A stretch of 64,000 bases of DNA from Octopus vulgaris (GCA_951406725.2 OX597833.1:25234001-25298000), one strand, 5' to 3'. Shown: positions 15,146 to 28,358, numbered from the stretch's first letter. Notes: generated by a model not told the origin, from the letters alone. Made by a program: numbers and translations.

Positions 15146-15322
15146 TCGCTCCTTTAAATTTTAATCTCCTTCCAGCCTCATTTCACCTTTTGGTTAATAT
15201 AACCCGATTTCATTCGGGTTTACTGAGGCCACATTTTATAAGATGAGGAATTTTGTCCTAGAGGTCACGCCTTTCATTTGAGGAAAAAAATAGCTGTCAT
15301 GCAAACTTGCCAGCACTTTTAA

Positions 15323-16402
15323 CCCTTTCGTTACCAAACCGCCCAAAGACGCCCGAAAAAAATTTTGGTTAATGTGACCAAACCGCCCAAACCCGGTTCA
15401 TATTTATATTTAAATGAGAATATCAGAGCAAATCTCTTTATTACATTCGTTCAAACACGTGATTATACTTCGTAAACAGTTTATCTACAGTTTTGTACAA
15501 CAATCGAAGTGTAATTTTAATTCCGTGAATTTTGGGAGATTTTTTTCCAAAATTTGTTCCTATTGTGTTTTCAAACTTTGTAATTCTGACAAAAAATGGA
15601 TACGAATTTCATCATATCAAGCAGCGAGTCAGAATTCGAAGGATTTTCTACTGAAGACCTTGATAAATCTAACTCTATGACTGAAAAAAAAAAGCACGTG
15701 GTATTTGATAATGAATCTGATGTTTCATTTTCCGAAAGTGAAAACAGTGAATCCGAGAGCTCCGACAGCGATAAAGAAAATGAATTGGCACCTGAATGGA
15801 GTGAAAATTGAAAAACTGTTTCTTTCGGTGATTTTTCTGAAGAAACTGGACCAAGCCACAGACTTTCCGAGGCGAGTAAAGCCTTAGACTATTTCTTTTT
15901 ACTTTTTCGAATGAGCCTATTTGAAATCATTACAGCGGAAACGAACCGTTACGCTAAATGTAAACAAAGCGAAAGAAAGGATAGTTAGTGGTTTCCCACA
16001 ACCTTAAATGAATTTAAGACTATTTTGCCATAAATATTATTATGGGTATCAGAAAGTTACCCAGAATAACAAATTCTATCGTAAAATTTTGTTGTATACC
16101 CAATTGAATATTAGCTAATAACCCATTTTCTATAGCGATGTTTGAACAAAATTTTAATAATTTTATATTTTGTTGAATTTACCTGTATCTACCTGCAATT
16201 AGAGTCACTTTGTGACAAAAATTATGGTATAGAATTGGTTGAGAACATTTCATTCAATTATCTTCCAAAAATCACATTAATATATTGATAAATAAAAAAG
16301 TTATAGTTGTTTAATTAAACCAGACTAAGTTTATGATTATGTTAGAAATTAATTGAAACACATAAGGGGTGTATTTTGGTCAGAAATATAGTAACGAAAG
16401 GG
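15323..16402 (+). mobile_element. Internally deleted piggyBac DNA transposon
   Basis: Perfect 12-bp TIRs CCCTTTCGTTAC / GTAACGAAAGGG; TTAA on the left and TTCA on the right (mutated TTAA TSD). Confidence 0.9.
15596..16075 (+). pseudogene. piggyBac transposase N-terminal remnant (PGBD4-like)
   Basis: Acidic N-terminus, then past stops and a frameshift LDYFFLLF..LFEIITAETNRYA..WFPTTLNEFK..IIMGIRKLP; catalytic DDD region absent. Confidence 0.8.
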
Positions 16403-16899
16403 TTCATAGGTGTGCATATTTTCAGCTGAACCGACCGACCACATAATGCACACATTATATATATGTGTATGTGTGTGTGTGTGTGTCTGTGTGTGTGTGT
16501 GTGTCTGTGTGTGTGTGTGCGCACGCATTATATATACAAATTATATATATATGTATAAATTAAATTAGAGATAAAACCACTAATAGGCAAAAAAAAAACA
16601 AAAACAAAAACATGAAAATAAAAATATAATATAGAAAATATATAAAATTGAAAAATTTAAATTATTTAAATTTAAAATAAAAATTATTAAATTATTATAT
16701 TTATAATTTGTTTAAAAATATAACTATCAAAAAGTATTAAAAAGTTTAATATACATAAATACAGATATATACACTTTGTATATATACATTATATATACAT
16801 ATTTATATATCGAACACACACACACACATATATAAATGAACGCAATGAATATCTGATTCATAATATTTGTTCTCATGATTGTGTGTTGTTGGTAGCGAT

Positions 16900-17215
16900 G
16901 ATAATTCTCCCTATGAATGCAGACAGATACATCAAAGAAAGCCGTCTGACGAACTTATAAAGGGAAAGTGAAAGGGAGTTGAGGGGAATACATTTAATAA
17001 CGGGAGTGGATATCTCAAAGTTATAAATGAAGGGGAGTAAGAGAGGGAAAGGAGGAAATAGCGTGAGTGAGGAAGATGGCCCCTAGCAACCACACCTTTC
17101 AAGATAGGTCACCTCATTCTACATGTCCCTGTAAATTTTGGAGCGAATCGGACGGGATGTAGTGGCATTGAAAGCGATCCAAGCGGTTAAAACGCATTTC
17201 AGTTTTATATGTAGA
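16900..17215 (-). mobile_element. Helitron-like 5' terminal fragment
   Basis: Minus strand begins A|TCTACATATAAAACTGAAATGCG, the A|TC start typical of Helitrons. Confidence 0.4.
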
Positions 17216-17559
17216 TATATATATATATATATGTGTTTGTGTGTGTGTGTATATATATATACACAAATATATCTACATATATGTGTAAAAAGGGTGAATT
17301 AGATTCGTCCTTTAATGTCTTACACATTTTTATTTTCCACTTATAGATTGCATCAATCCGTGTTAAGTGATCTCTTTCTTAGCTTGAAAATCCCATCTCT
17401 TCCAGATTGTAGTTAAGGCGTTTACTGTAATAACTGAGTGCACGAAAGATTATTAGTATAAATCTAAATTCAGTATCAGATGAGAAGAGCTGCAGGTTTC
17501 GAATTAGTTTTCCTTAGGTACATTCCATCTTGCTGATCTGCGAAGAGCTGTTCACATCT

Positions 17560-18200
17560 GTTGACAGTACATGATGTTTTTCAATCCCAAATAACTATGT
17601 TACATTCGGTATGCTTGCACTTGATAGAAGTTTTGATTGGAATGTTTCACCAGCATTCCTTGTGATAAAATGTATCCCATAGCATGAGTGTTATATGTGA
17701 AGTCTTATCTGTGGATGTCATTTTCTATTGTTTTATAAAAACAACATTATATCTCAAGAGGAGCAGGCACTTCTATGATTACATGCTTATATCCTTAATA
17801 ATAAATTTTTACAAATACCTATGTATCTATAGTACTCATTTTGCTGAACAAGGGAGATAGAAGGGCCATTGACACAAAGATTTAGAGTTTGGAGAACGGT
17901 TTTTTTGTTCAGTTATCATAAGCGAACATTTTTCTATCAGCAGAAAATCTTATTAAATCCACCTCTTCTGTTGCATTGCAAATATTTCGGGCATATATAT
18001 TTAGATCATCTACGAAGAAAGTATGGGTTATATTTGTGCGTCTTTGTGCTGCAGACTATAAGATATAACCGGTGGCTTTTCGTTGAAAACGTGACAGTGA
18101 ATTTAGACCTAATATAAATAGTAGTGGTAGATTGTCATCTTGGGATATTCTTGTTGAGATATTAATAACATCAGAGAAATCCTTCCACTTTTAGTTACAA
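17560..18200 (-). mobile_element. R4/Dong-type non-LTR retrotransposon RT remnant
   Basis: Minus-strand fragments ISQDDNLPLLFILGLNSLS (cf. GIFQGDSLSPLLF), ITHTFFVDDLNIYARN (cf. ISHLLFMDDLKLYAK) and EYYRYIGI (cf. YKYLG). Confidence 0.6.
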
Positions 18201-20377
18201 TAATGAGGATTGTGAAACCAGTCATTGTTAACCCCTTCGAGGGCAGCAACTAAGGGAGCATGTATATCTAGGTAATGGTAGATTTACAAGGTTCATACAG
18301 TCAATGACGCTGTGCATTTTCATTGACCTTGTTTAAACCGTGTTAAGATATACCCCATCAAAGTTACAAATTTACAAGCCAGACGCTATTGCAACATGGC
18401 ATCCTCATAGAACTACGTATAGTCTATGGCTTTGAGATACCTGTTTACACTTTTGTTGATTCTCTTTTTCAGGGTTCCTTCTTAATTACATCCAGATGGC
18501 GTTCACTTCCAGTAGTATGTAATTAAAACGGCATCATTTCTACATAAACTCAATAGTCACCACCACAAAGGCAGTGCCTCTAATTGGCTGAAACAGGTAA
18601 AGGACAAAATAATAACAGCTCTGTAACATCCATGCTTGCTATATTAAACTAAGTGGATTGTGATCCATGAAGGTGTATATAAATAGATCAGTGCATTGTG
18701 ACTCAATGATTGCCCTTCATAGCTTGGTACACGTACCGTATAAAATGACTTACAGTGTTTAGTTACAGTTCTTTGCATTCTGAGTGAAAATCGCGTGGTA
18801 ATTGACTTTTCTTTCCATCTTTCCGGTTCTATGAAATGAAGCACAAATAACTGGATAAATAAACGACTGTTTTCTCATCCAAAAATTTGTGACTGTCGTT
18901 GAAAGAATATCTTGGTGCAATGTATCTGACATGTTACCTTTCTACAATGGTGTAAATTATCCATTCACAAGATACAGGAATAATGTAACATGCTGTGGTT
19001 ATTATATATAAAAAGAATTGTGTGTACTCCATTACGGTGCGTGTATTCATATTTATGGACTGTAACAGTTCACATTGTCAATTTTTTTGTACAGTGTATA
19101 GATACCTCTGCCTTTTAATGTCTGGTGTACTGTATTTATACATGAAATTTCAACTATAATTATAAACTGATATGAGTTTGCATCAGGAAGTCGGGTCTTA
19201 AAATCTAATGTTCCAACGTCGATGATGTACCAGATGCCGTACAGTGTCCGAATAAATAGCTTGTACTATTATAATTTTGTCCCTCTATATTTTGAGTTCG
19301 AATCATGGCCGAATAAATCTTTTTTACTCAATCTCTGTTTAATGCTGATCAAGTGAACTGGTGAAATGCATCTAAGTCATAACCAGCCTGTCTATTTGAG
19401 ATATTGTGTATCTAGAATGCATTGTTAAACGCATTTTTCTGTCTTTATACTTTAAGGATGAGATTTTAGTTACGGATGAAATTTAAGATGATGTGGGAAT
19501 AACTTCTATATTCAGCCGGTCAAATAGTTAAATACCGACGTCAATGCCCCTTTGGTATCATATGCAATACCTCAATTTTGAAAACCAGAGAAAGTCCTTG
19601 TTATATATGCACATGGATTTCTGGTACGAACAATTCCATTCTGAGTTCTCTATAAGTGACATGAAGTTTACTTCGGGGGATAAATTTGGCCGATTCTCTT
19701 AGCAATCTATGTCACCATGAATAAAACTCATAGAAACTCTAAAGCTAAAAATCAGGGCAAATTTTTAACGCTGTAGTGTATCGCGAAATGTATCCTTCGG
19801 AATTTAAGATACTACAATGTCATTTAAGAAAAAGTTAACACCTATTTCTTTCAAGTCCATTGACCATGTATAGTGTCGTCCTTATTATGAAGTGAATTTG
19901 GTTCAGTCATATTCATGTGGGTGGCATGGTGCCAATGAATGAAGCCTCAGTGTTTAATGCTCGAAGACATTAATTGAAATTTAATCGACTTTCTATTAAT
20001 AAAATCCGAATTAATTAGAGATATTCTGATTAGTTCTTTAGTTCATGGGTGTTTTGATCCAACACGCATTGCCAATGCAACTTATAGAATTCTGGATTGC
20101 CATCATAAAATCCTGGATTTAGCATCAATGTAATCACAGTAACTATAGAACTGCTTTTAATTGTATAACTCTAATCAGGATTCATGCAAACTCTGCTCTT
20201 TATAATAATATCATTAATGAGATAGTATTGGATATTGATTAGCATTATAAAGTGAAAAGCGGATCTCAGTATTACACGCATGTATTAAATAACAAAATCT
20301 TAATAACTCCTCAGAAAAAATTCATACCTAATGATAATTTCAAATTTTGGCGCAAAGCCAGCAAATTTGGGGGAGGG

Positions 20378-21460
20378 AACTTCTTTTTCAAGAGAAACTT
20401 GAAAGAGTTGATGAGGGCTTGGCCAAAGAGGAAAGTGCCTGTCCTTAACCCTTTCAAACAGATCCAGAATACTACCTCTTTCGCTACAGCCACTAGACAA
20501 TTAAAGATTGCCTTCCCTACCGGGAAAAATAGGGCAGCGGTGCAATCTCCAGAGCGGATTCAGTTGATAGCCGGATCCGTCCTACACGCAAGATGCTGAA
20601 TGACTCCGACAGGTGCCCATTCACCCGAACAACGGAGCAAATGCCGCTGTACAAGGCAGCGATCCAACCACAGAAAACTTAACTGAAACCGGCTGCCCTG
20701 AGGACAGCCGCCAAATATTGATGTTCGACACTATCAAAAGCTTTAGGTTCATCTAAATTGATCAGAGCCCCACCCATACCAGTTTCGTTACCCACCCTCT
20801 CTATGATGTAGCGCATAAGATGGAGGTTATCGTGAACACTATTGTCTGGGATGGTGGAAGTTTGTGCCTTGTCAACCAGTTTGTCCACGACAAGCGCCAA
20901 CCTCTTGGCTAACAAATTAGCCAAAATCTTCAACTCTGCATTGAGCAGAGTGATGGGCCTGAAATACTTTATAAGGTCCCCATTTTTGGGTCCTTTCTCA
21001 GCAGTGCCACTACCCTTCGACAGACAAAAGTGAGAAATCTCCCATTTTGCTGCCAGGTGCAGTAGACGTTTGCTAAGAGACCCGCAAACAAGTCTGGCAT
21101 CGAAGTATAAAGCTCATAGAGCAGGCTATCCAAACACAGAGATCCTCCTCTCGTGGCGTCCTGTATTTCGGCGGCTATTATCGGCCTTTCGCAGCACTCT
21201 GCCTTGCTCGTCGAGAATCGTGGTAGGCCGTCCAGGTAGACACCGAAGTCTGCCCTGTTATCCTTCCTACCACACATCTGTTTCGGCTCGAACACCACGT
21301 ATAGTTTTGATACAGCAAAGATCGAATCGTGGCTTTATTGCCACGTTCCGCCTCCGCCATCGTGGCGCTTAGTGAACCTTTATTTTTGGTGTCGAAAAAT
21401 TGTTCAAGGGCTAGTCTGGCCGGCAACACTTCAGTTGCGATGCCTGTCCGAAGCGTCTCA
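20378..21460 (-). mobile_element. Tx1/L1-clade LINE ORF2 remnant with internal deletion
   Basis: RPITLLNAELKILANLLAKRL..Q..IPDNSVHDNLHLMR..LINLDEPKAFDSVEHQYL..VRVNGHLSESF, then jumps to C-terminal LVAVAKEVVFW; YADD region missing. Confidence 0.85.
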
Positions 21461-21462
21461 TC

Positions 21463-21530
<68 letters not shown>

Positions 21531-21722
21531 GTAGTAGTAGTAGTATTAGTAGTAGTAGTAGTAGTAGAAGTAGTTGTTGTTGTTGTTGTTGTTGTTGTTG
21601 TTATAGTGGTGGCAGTAGTTGTAGTAATAATAACAATAACAATAACAATAACAATGACAATAACAACAAGAACAAGAATAGCAACAAGAACAAGAACAAC
21701 AAAAACAACGACAACAATAATA
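21463..21722. repeat. Compound (TAA/TAG/TTG/AAC)n microsatellite
   Basis: Direct reading. Confidence 0.95.
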
Positions 21723-21899
21723 AACTGTACTCATAAGATATTTATGTCAAATGCCAAAAAATGCCAAAAAATACATAAAGAAAAGGCAATGGTGCTTATA
21801 ATTCGTGTGAGACTGGACACGATATATACATTGTGGGTAGGATAAAATTTAATGAAACATGAAAACATATATAAATTATAGGACGTGCCTGTTCTTTGT

Positions 21900-22460
21900 C
21901 TTTAATATACTCACAATCCGATGGTATGTACTGTTTTGTAACTCTGTTTTCACGTATCTTGATTATTCTTTCAACAAATGTGAAACCTATAAAGTCCTCC
22001 TCTGGCGTTGCCTTCTCACTTATTTTCGTCTCGATATATTGGGCTTCATTCTTCTTTGAAGTTTCTGATTTATGTTTTTACGTCATATATTATCGCCGTT
22101 GGTTTGTCCATATTGGTTTTTAAGCATCATTTCCTGCTCATGTCAATGGAATGGTGCTGCAGCTGCATGCTACGCTTTGAAGGTGAAGAGCTTGTTCATT
22201 TGTTTACGTGGCTGGTAGATAGTCGTGGTGTATGTGTCTACTACCGTTTTCACTAACACTGGTGATCTTAAATACCTTTCTTCTCTTTAACCTGTCTAGA
22301 TCATCACGGCAAAAATCCTTCAAGCGCATCTTCCTTCCACAAATGTTGGCCATTTTGCTTTGCACCATGAGTTTCATGTCTTTTGCTTGGGCACTTAAAA
22401 GGAAACTCATCATATATGATGAGTTTACTCTCGCTTGAGAGGCCAGTGAGCATGAATTAT
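21900..22460 (-). mobile_element. Possible old RTE-type LINE endonuclease-RT linker fragment
   Basis: Weak minus-strand motifs (LMVQSKM; FKA.HAAAA); heavily decayed. Confidence 0.25.
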
Positions 22461-22571
22461 CCATAAGTATATATGCGCTAGAGCTTGATTAAAACCAAGA
22501 ACATCTTCTGCCTTATAACCATTGAGACAAAACTTCTCCAACAAGACTAGCGTGAAGTCTAACGATAAACG

Positions 22572-22868
22572 TCACCCTTTTCAAGCCTAGCCAGGCTCAT
22601 AGGCCCGGTTTTCCGGTTTCTGTGACGTATGTGTTCCCCCCAGCTGGACGGGACGCCAGATCATCGCAGCGTTACTCAAGAAACAGAAAGTGTGAGAGAA
22701 ATTTGGGGCGAAAGAGTACAACAGGGGTCGCCACCACCCACTGCCGGATCCTCGTGGAGCTTTAGGTGTTTTCGCCCAATAAACACACACAACACCCGGT
22801 CTGGAAATCGAAACCGCGATCATCCGACCACGAGTCCGCTGCTCTAACCACTGGGCCATTGCGCCTCC
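22572..22868 (-). mobile_element. tRNA-derived SINE family B (OR1/OR2-like), full length
   Basis: Head GGAGGCGCAATGGCCCAGTGGTTAGAGCAGCGG..GGTTTCGATTTCC with boxes A and B; tail shared with 23091-23391. Confidence 0.8.
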
Positions 22869-23090
22869 ACAGCAGTTCTAGCTAGTTGTTAAGGGAGAAT
22901 CGAAGAGAGAACCTTTCAGTCTGTGGAAATTGTTTTCATGAATGAAGATATTGCAATCTAATCAGTAAAGCTCTTAAAGATAATCAAACTTTAAGAAATG
23001 CCAACTTGCATCATGAAATTAAATATTAGGTCCTACGCCGTGATTCTGTGTAATGCAAACTCATCGTAAGTAGTGCATAAAATTCAGTCT

Positions 23091-23391
23091 GGAGGCAATA
23101 GGCTTAGTGGTTAGAGCAGCGGACTTGCGGTCGTGGGATCACGGATTCGAATCTCAGACCGGACGATGTGTCTGTTTATGAGCGATAACACCTAAGCCCC
23201 GCGCGGTTCCGGCAGAAGGTAATGGCGAACTTCTGCTGACACTTTCGCCACAACTTTCTCTCACTCTTTCCTCCTGCACCTAGTAGCTCACCTGCGACTG
23301 ACTGGTGTCCCGTCCAGGTGGGTAACCTATACGCCGAGGAAACCGGAAAACCGGCCCTTATGAGCCAGGCATGGCTCGAGAAGGAACAAAC
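23091..23391 (+). mobile_element. Family B SINE, full length, with TSD
   Basis: Same head and tail as 22572-22868; CATAAAATTCA duplicated at 23076-23086 and 23391-23401. Confidence 0.85.
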
Positions 23392-23860
23392 ATAAAATTC
23401 ATACTTATTATTTCTTACAGATCTTTCAAAAGTGAATCTGTCCTCCTGCAAACAATTTCATTAGCACCCTCAGGGACTGAGTTCTCTTCCAGTTTAGGCG
23501 TCTTCAATTTCCATGCAAACCGTGTATTGAAATGACTATACATAATGTACAAGAGCAGATCTCTAAAGTGAGCAACCGAGTTTGAACTTGTCAGTCTTGT
23601 GCTTCTTTCCTGGGCAATTATACGTTGCAGTTACCAGAAGTGGGAGTGCTGAGGAATTTAATTATCGAGCCAAAAAAATGTGGTCTAACAAGGCTTTATC
23701 GAATACATTTATTTCTGCTTGACGTTAACAAGAGAGTCAAATACTATGCAAAATTCTTTGATTTAATTTATGAATGAAGCAAATTTACTCAGCACAGATG
23801 AAAATCAAATTTCTTGCACACTGCCTGGGTGACAAGTCTGAAGCAACAATATGCACATTG

Positions 23861-23869
<9 letters not shown>

Positions 23870-23930
<61 letters not shown>

Positions 23931-24090
23931 ATGGTCTCCTTTCAGCTGTTCTCTTTCAAATCCACTCACAAGTCCTCGCTCCGCCCAAAGTTATAGTAGA
24001 AGACACATGCCTAAATTGCCACGCGGTAGGATTGAACCCAGTACACTGTGGTTGGGAACCGAGCATCTTACCGCACGGCCACGCCTGCAC
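23870..24090 (-). mobile_element. Family A SINE, 5' half
   Basis: Reverse complement GCAGGCGTGGCCGTGCGGTAAG..GGGTTCAATCC..TTTAGGCATGTGTCTTCTACTATA. Confidence 0.7.
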
Positions 24091-24196
24091 TTATATATGT
24101 AAACAATATATACCCCAGCATGGCCACAGCTTGTGAGCTGAAACTAAAAAAAAAAATATATATATATATATACAGAGAGAGAAAGAGAGAGAGCGA

Positions 24197-24587
24197 GTGA
24201 TTTGTGGTACAACAAGGCACCAATATTCGCTAGAAATAGCAGTCGATACAATTACGACGCTATTGTAAAGCCTCACTGTGTATATACTGGCAAAGATGTG
24301 TGAGTGCAACAAACATGAAAAATTTGTCTTACCTCTAGGAAGAACATTCGATAAATGGACAACCCAGAATCGGATAATGCAGGACCGGTTTCTGACTCTT
24401 CAAATACGTTTGTTATGGTAAATTTGATCACATTTCATCAGATGCATGTACCTAGACAATATTTCAAATGTTACCACATCAATGGCAGTATACTCGCCTG
24501 AACGCTTAGCCGCTAACAGAACGAGAACAGTGAAAAACTCGTATTTGTATCGACTGCTATTTCCAGTGAATATTGTACCACTAATCT
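24197..24587. mobile_element. Fold-back element with about 48-bp inverted termini
   Basis: AATATTCGCTAGAAATAGCAGTCGATACAATTACGA versus reverse complement of 24539-24587. Confidence 0.6.
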
Positions 24588-24687
24588 ACATTTACATTTA
24601 TACTTCTACATTTACGGTGCTTTAATTTACAGGAAAGTAATACATTTGTATTGCAATATTTTATTTTTCATTGAAAATCTATCTATC

Positions 24688-24845
<158 letters not shown>

Positions 24846-25039
24846 ATGTATATATATGCTTATATACGTAAATATATATTTCACACATACACATACATCA
24901 TTATTATAATTAAAATTATATATATATATATGTGTATGTTTTCAATGTGTACAAATAACAAGGAAAAAATAAATAGTTGCCAGGGTAGCAAAAATTCACG
25001 TGACAAAGATATTATATTCTACTTATAAAGGTAGAAATT

Positions 25040-26057
25040 CAAGGGTTCACTGAAATATTTTTGTATGACAAGAATAAATTAAGTAATGTAGTCAAACGCA
25101 GTTGTTATTCAAATCATTTATACTTCTAACAAATATTTCGAAAAAAGCATTGAGATTATTCCGGAGGGAATAAAAAGTGGTGTAAAACAATACAATCATC
25201 TCATCAGGGTATACCACCGTATATGATGAAGGGGGACGCTAGCAATTATTTTTTTAAAATAACCGTTGGTAGATTTAATGTCAGAGGTAATGCAGAGAAA
25301 GAGAAGGAGGAGAAAGAAAGAGATTGACAGAAAATTAAGAGTGGAAACATATAGTGTGATAGATGAATGTGAATTAAGTTTAAAAGCGTGGAAATAGATA
25401 TATGCAGTGGAAATTAAATGTAAGACGACAGTCAAGGTCGAATTTTATAGATTGGTAGAAATATCTTATAGGAACTAAAGGTATGTTTTTGCCAATATTT
25501 ACAACGATGAACGCGTTCTTTAAACGGGTTCACAAGAATATTCTTGTGCATATATCAGGTTCTCCGAAGCACATGTGAAGTTGCTTTCCACTGTGAAACG
25601 TTGCCCCTGTTTGAAGGAGAACTCTGATCTCACAATTAAATTGACGCATACCCCACAATTGTTTCTTCCGCATTTTTCTACTTACGGCTTCAGTGTTATT
25701 GTTGTGCATATTCAGTCTTGTGCTAGTAGGCTTTTAATAGATTTGGGCTGTCTCTTGCTTCTTATGATGGTGTGTATTTGGAGGATTAAGTTCATTCTGT
25801 GGTCCTTTTTTTAGTAGGGTAATGTTTTGAAGGATGGTGTCAAAGGCTTCAGTGGTAAGATGGTTGTGTGTGGAGATGTATGGTAGGTCTTTTGGTTGTA
25901 AATCTTTCTTTAATTTGGGGTGTCTGAGTTCGTGGATGTTGAGTTGTAGGACACGTTGAAAGCATATGTCAATTAGTGAAGGTGGGTAGTTCCTGGTGAT
26001 GAGTGTATCATTTAGTTCATGTAGACGTGTGTGACTGGTGCTTGCATTAGAAACTAT
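25040..26057 (-). mobile_element. Penelope-like element: RT C-terminus, linker, GIY-YIG start and pseudo-LTR
   Basis: Minus translation RLHELNDTLITRNYPPSLID..LPYISTHN..CGRNNCGVC..NFTCASENLIY; downstream CTGATGA (25201-25207) and CGAAA (25136-25140) hammerhead remnant. Confidence 0.8.
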
Positions 26058-26063
26058 AGTACA

Positions 26064-26410
26064 CTAGCAGTATCGCCCGGCGTTGCTCGGGTTTGTTTCG
26101 ACCCGCTGGAATTGGAATCTTTGAAAAGTAAAAAGTTTGCATTATGTAGCTTGTTATTCTCTTCAAGTGAACATTTTTCTGGTTGAAATACACCGAAAAG
26201 TGGCGACACAGCAGTGAAAAAATCGTAAAAAATTGGGATTTTCATAGAAAAAGCACCTTTTTGATGTAAATAATGTTTGGTGTTAACATGGTCCGATTTG
26301 AATTTTATCTTCTACGGAAGGAAGAGCAACCCTTCTTCTATCATACTCTCAATTTTGGTAAACTTGCGCCGCAGGGTCTCAGAGGAGATAGTGTTAGTTG
26401 AAGGTTACCA
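26064..26410 (-). mobile_element. Non-autonomous Helitron 3' portion
   Basis: Minus-strand end CTAG|T at 26064-26067 with hairpin GCCCGG-CGTTG-CTCGGGT (26075-26092). Confidence 0.7.
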
Positions 26411-26419
26411 AAACTCCAA

Positions 26420-26725
26420 GCTGTTTCATCTAGAGTGAGAATCATGTATTATAATAGCTTGAGATTCAAGGTCCCACAGTATATTTAACGCCTTGTCGAA
26501 ACATCTGAGGGATTTCTATGGAGTGGGAGTAGATATTTTCAAGAAACAACTTGACCTTCAGCAATCCATGGTCCCAGATGAACCAATATCAAAGCAGGAA
26601 ACGCAAAATTAGGCAGCAGTGTCGAACTCTCTCCTTCACCAAAATCCAAGCACATAAGATTGACTATTTAAAAGGTGGTAACACTTGCGGTGCCCCGGCA
26701 TGACCACACTTTAGGAATGAAACAT
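26420..26725 (+). mobile_element. CR1-type LINE 3' end
   Basis: Translation NSLRFK..IFNALSKHLRD..GVDIFKKQLD..VPDEP..AAVSNSLLHQ, then 3' UTR tail GCGGTGCCCCGGCATGACCAC..GAAAC. Confidence 0.7.
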
Positions 26726-27051
26726 GTCTTGCAAACAACTTGCACATGCAAGTGCTAACAGTTGCGAATTCTGCATACCGGAAGTCAGAAAATGTATGGG
26801 GTCATCAGGAGAGAATGCGCGCATTTTCGGGACCAACCTCTCGACAACATCAATGCGCACTGGTCCTCTCACCGATATGAGGCACCGCTTACTACATCAA
26901 CTGATTATGAAATATAGCTCAATATTTCTCTAGCCATCGCTCATCGTCCCTTTTTAACCAAATCTAGCGGCTAGCCTTCTCCACTCTATGTTGGATATCG
27001 GTCATGGTGGTATTTACCTTACGATGAGTCATATATATATATATACAGTCA

Positions 27052-27105
<54 letters not shown>

Positions 27106-28322
27106 AATACGTTCTTATGCATAATAAGTCCATACCGTACATATATTGTTTGTCCTCAAAGAAACCTGACTGAGCAAAACAATGAATATCGTATATGTGT
27201 GCATATATATGTGTGTACGTGTGTGCATGTATGTGTTCATATATGTGTTTGCGTACGCACGCGTGTGTGTATGTGTGTTTTTGCAAGAGTTTCTATATTC
27301 AATATAACATGAATTGACAAATAAATGTACAGCCAACTTCACTATAGTCTAACTTCCAAATCTCTCTTACTTTCTATCCCCTTCTCCTCTCTCTGTCTCG
27401 CTCACTCGCTCTCCCACCTCTCTATCTCAGTCTATTTCGGCCGGCACCATATTACCCCATACGACTAGTCAGCATTCAGTCCACATCAAACAATATAACA
27501 AAACCACAACATGGACACAACTCAGTGGCTGGAAACAGTAAAACCGCCAAACATTAAAAGCGCAAAAACTAATAAAAAAAGAAACGCGGATGGTGTTGGT
27601 CGCTGTGGTGTTCTAATTTTATGGATATTGTTCGTTTTGGTGTTTAGATAACCAAATTTATCATTTGTGTGGGAGAGACTTTTATTGTTTCTCGTTTAAT
27701 ACATCGTTTCAACGTAGCGCGCTTTATATCATTTCCTTTCCCTCTAACACATACCCTAATACTTTGCCTATCTTTCTCACACAAACCTAACCTTCTATTT
27801 TCTGTCTCACTCTCACTATTACTCATTCACTCTCTGTATATCACATGTACATACTATCTCACTGTCTCTTTTATTCTCCTGCTCTCTAACTTTCTTTACT
27901 CTCTCACGTACACACCTCATTTTCTCGATCGCTTCTTTTATATATTTTCTCTCGTTTCTTGTTTCATACCCTCTTCTTTCTTTATTTCTCTACTCTTCTC
28001 TCTGTCTCTCACGGTTAATTTTCCTATCGCACATATAAAGATAGCGATTTGACTGGTTCCACCGCTCTCTATTTCTCCGTCTCTCTCTTTCTGTTTCTCT
28101 TTTTTTTTCTCGTAGTTTCCTTTCTATTCTTGTCACATATTCTGCTTACTACTCTCTATGCTTCGCTTCCTGACACACACAATCGTATATGTATTCATAT
28201 ACACACAGACTCACATAATCAGACATAGATAAATGCATACATATATGTATATATGATATTAATATATTTATGTATGAATATATATATATACATACACATA
28301 CATACATACATACATACATACA

Positions 28323-28358
<36 letters not shown>

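Larger units (their letters stand above)
14192..16463 (-). mobile_element. Non-autonomous Helitron with nested SINE and piggyBac (5' boundary uncertain)
   Basis: Minus-strand 3' end CTAG (14192-14195) followed by T, with hairpin ACCCGC-n7-GCGGGT (14205-14223); internal tandem repeats; 5' end either about 16463 or 17215. Confidence 0.55.

Noticed and set aside
22800-23165. tRNA genes at SINE heads (also 46381 and 33397)
   Set aside because: Boxes A and B are present but run into SINE bodies; no clean cloverleaf or terminator
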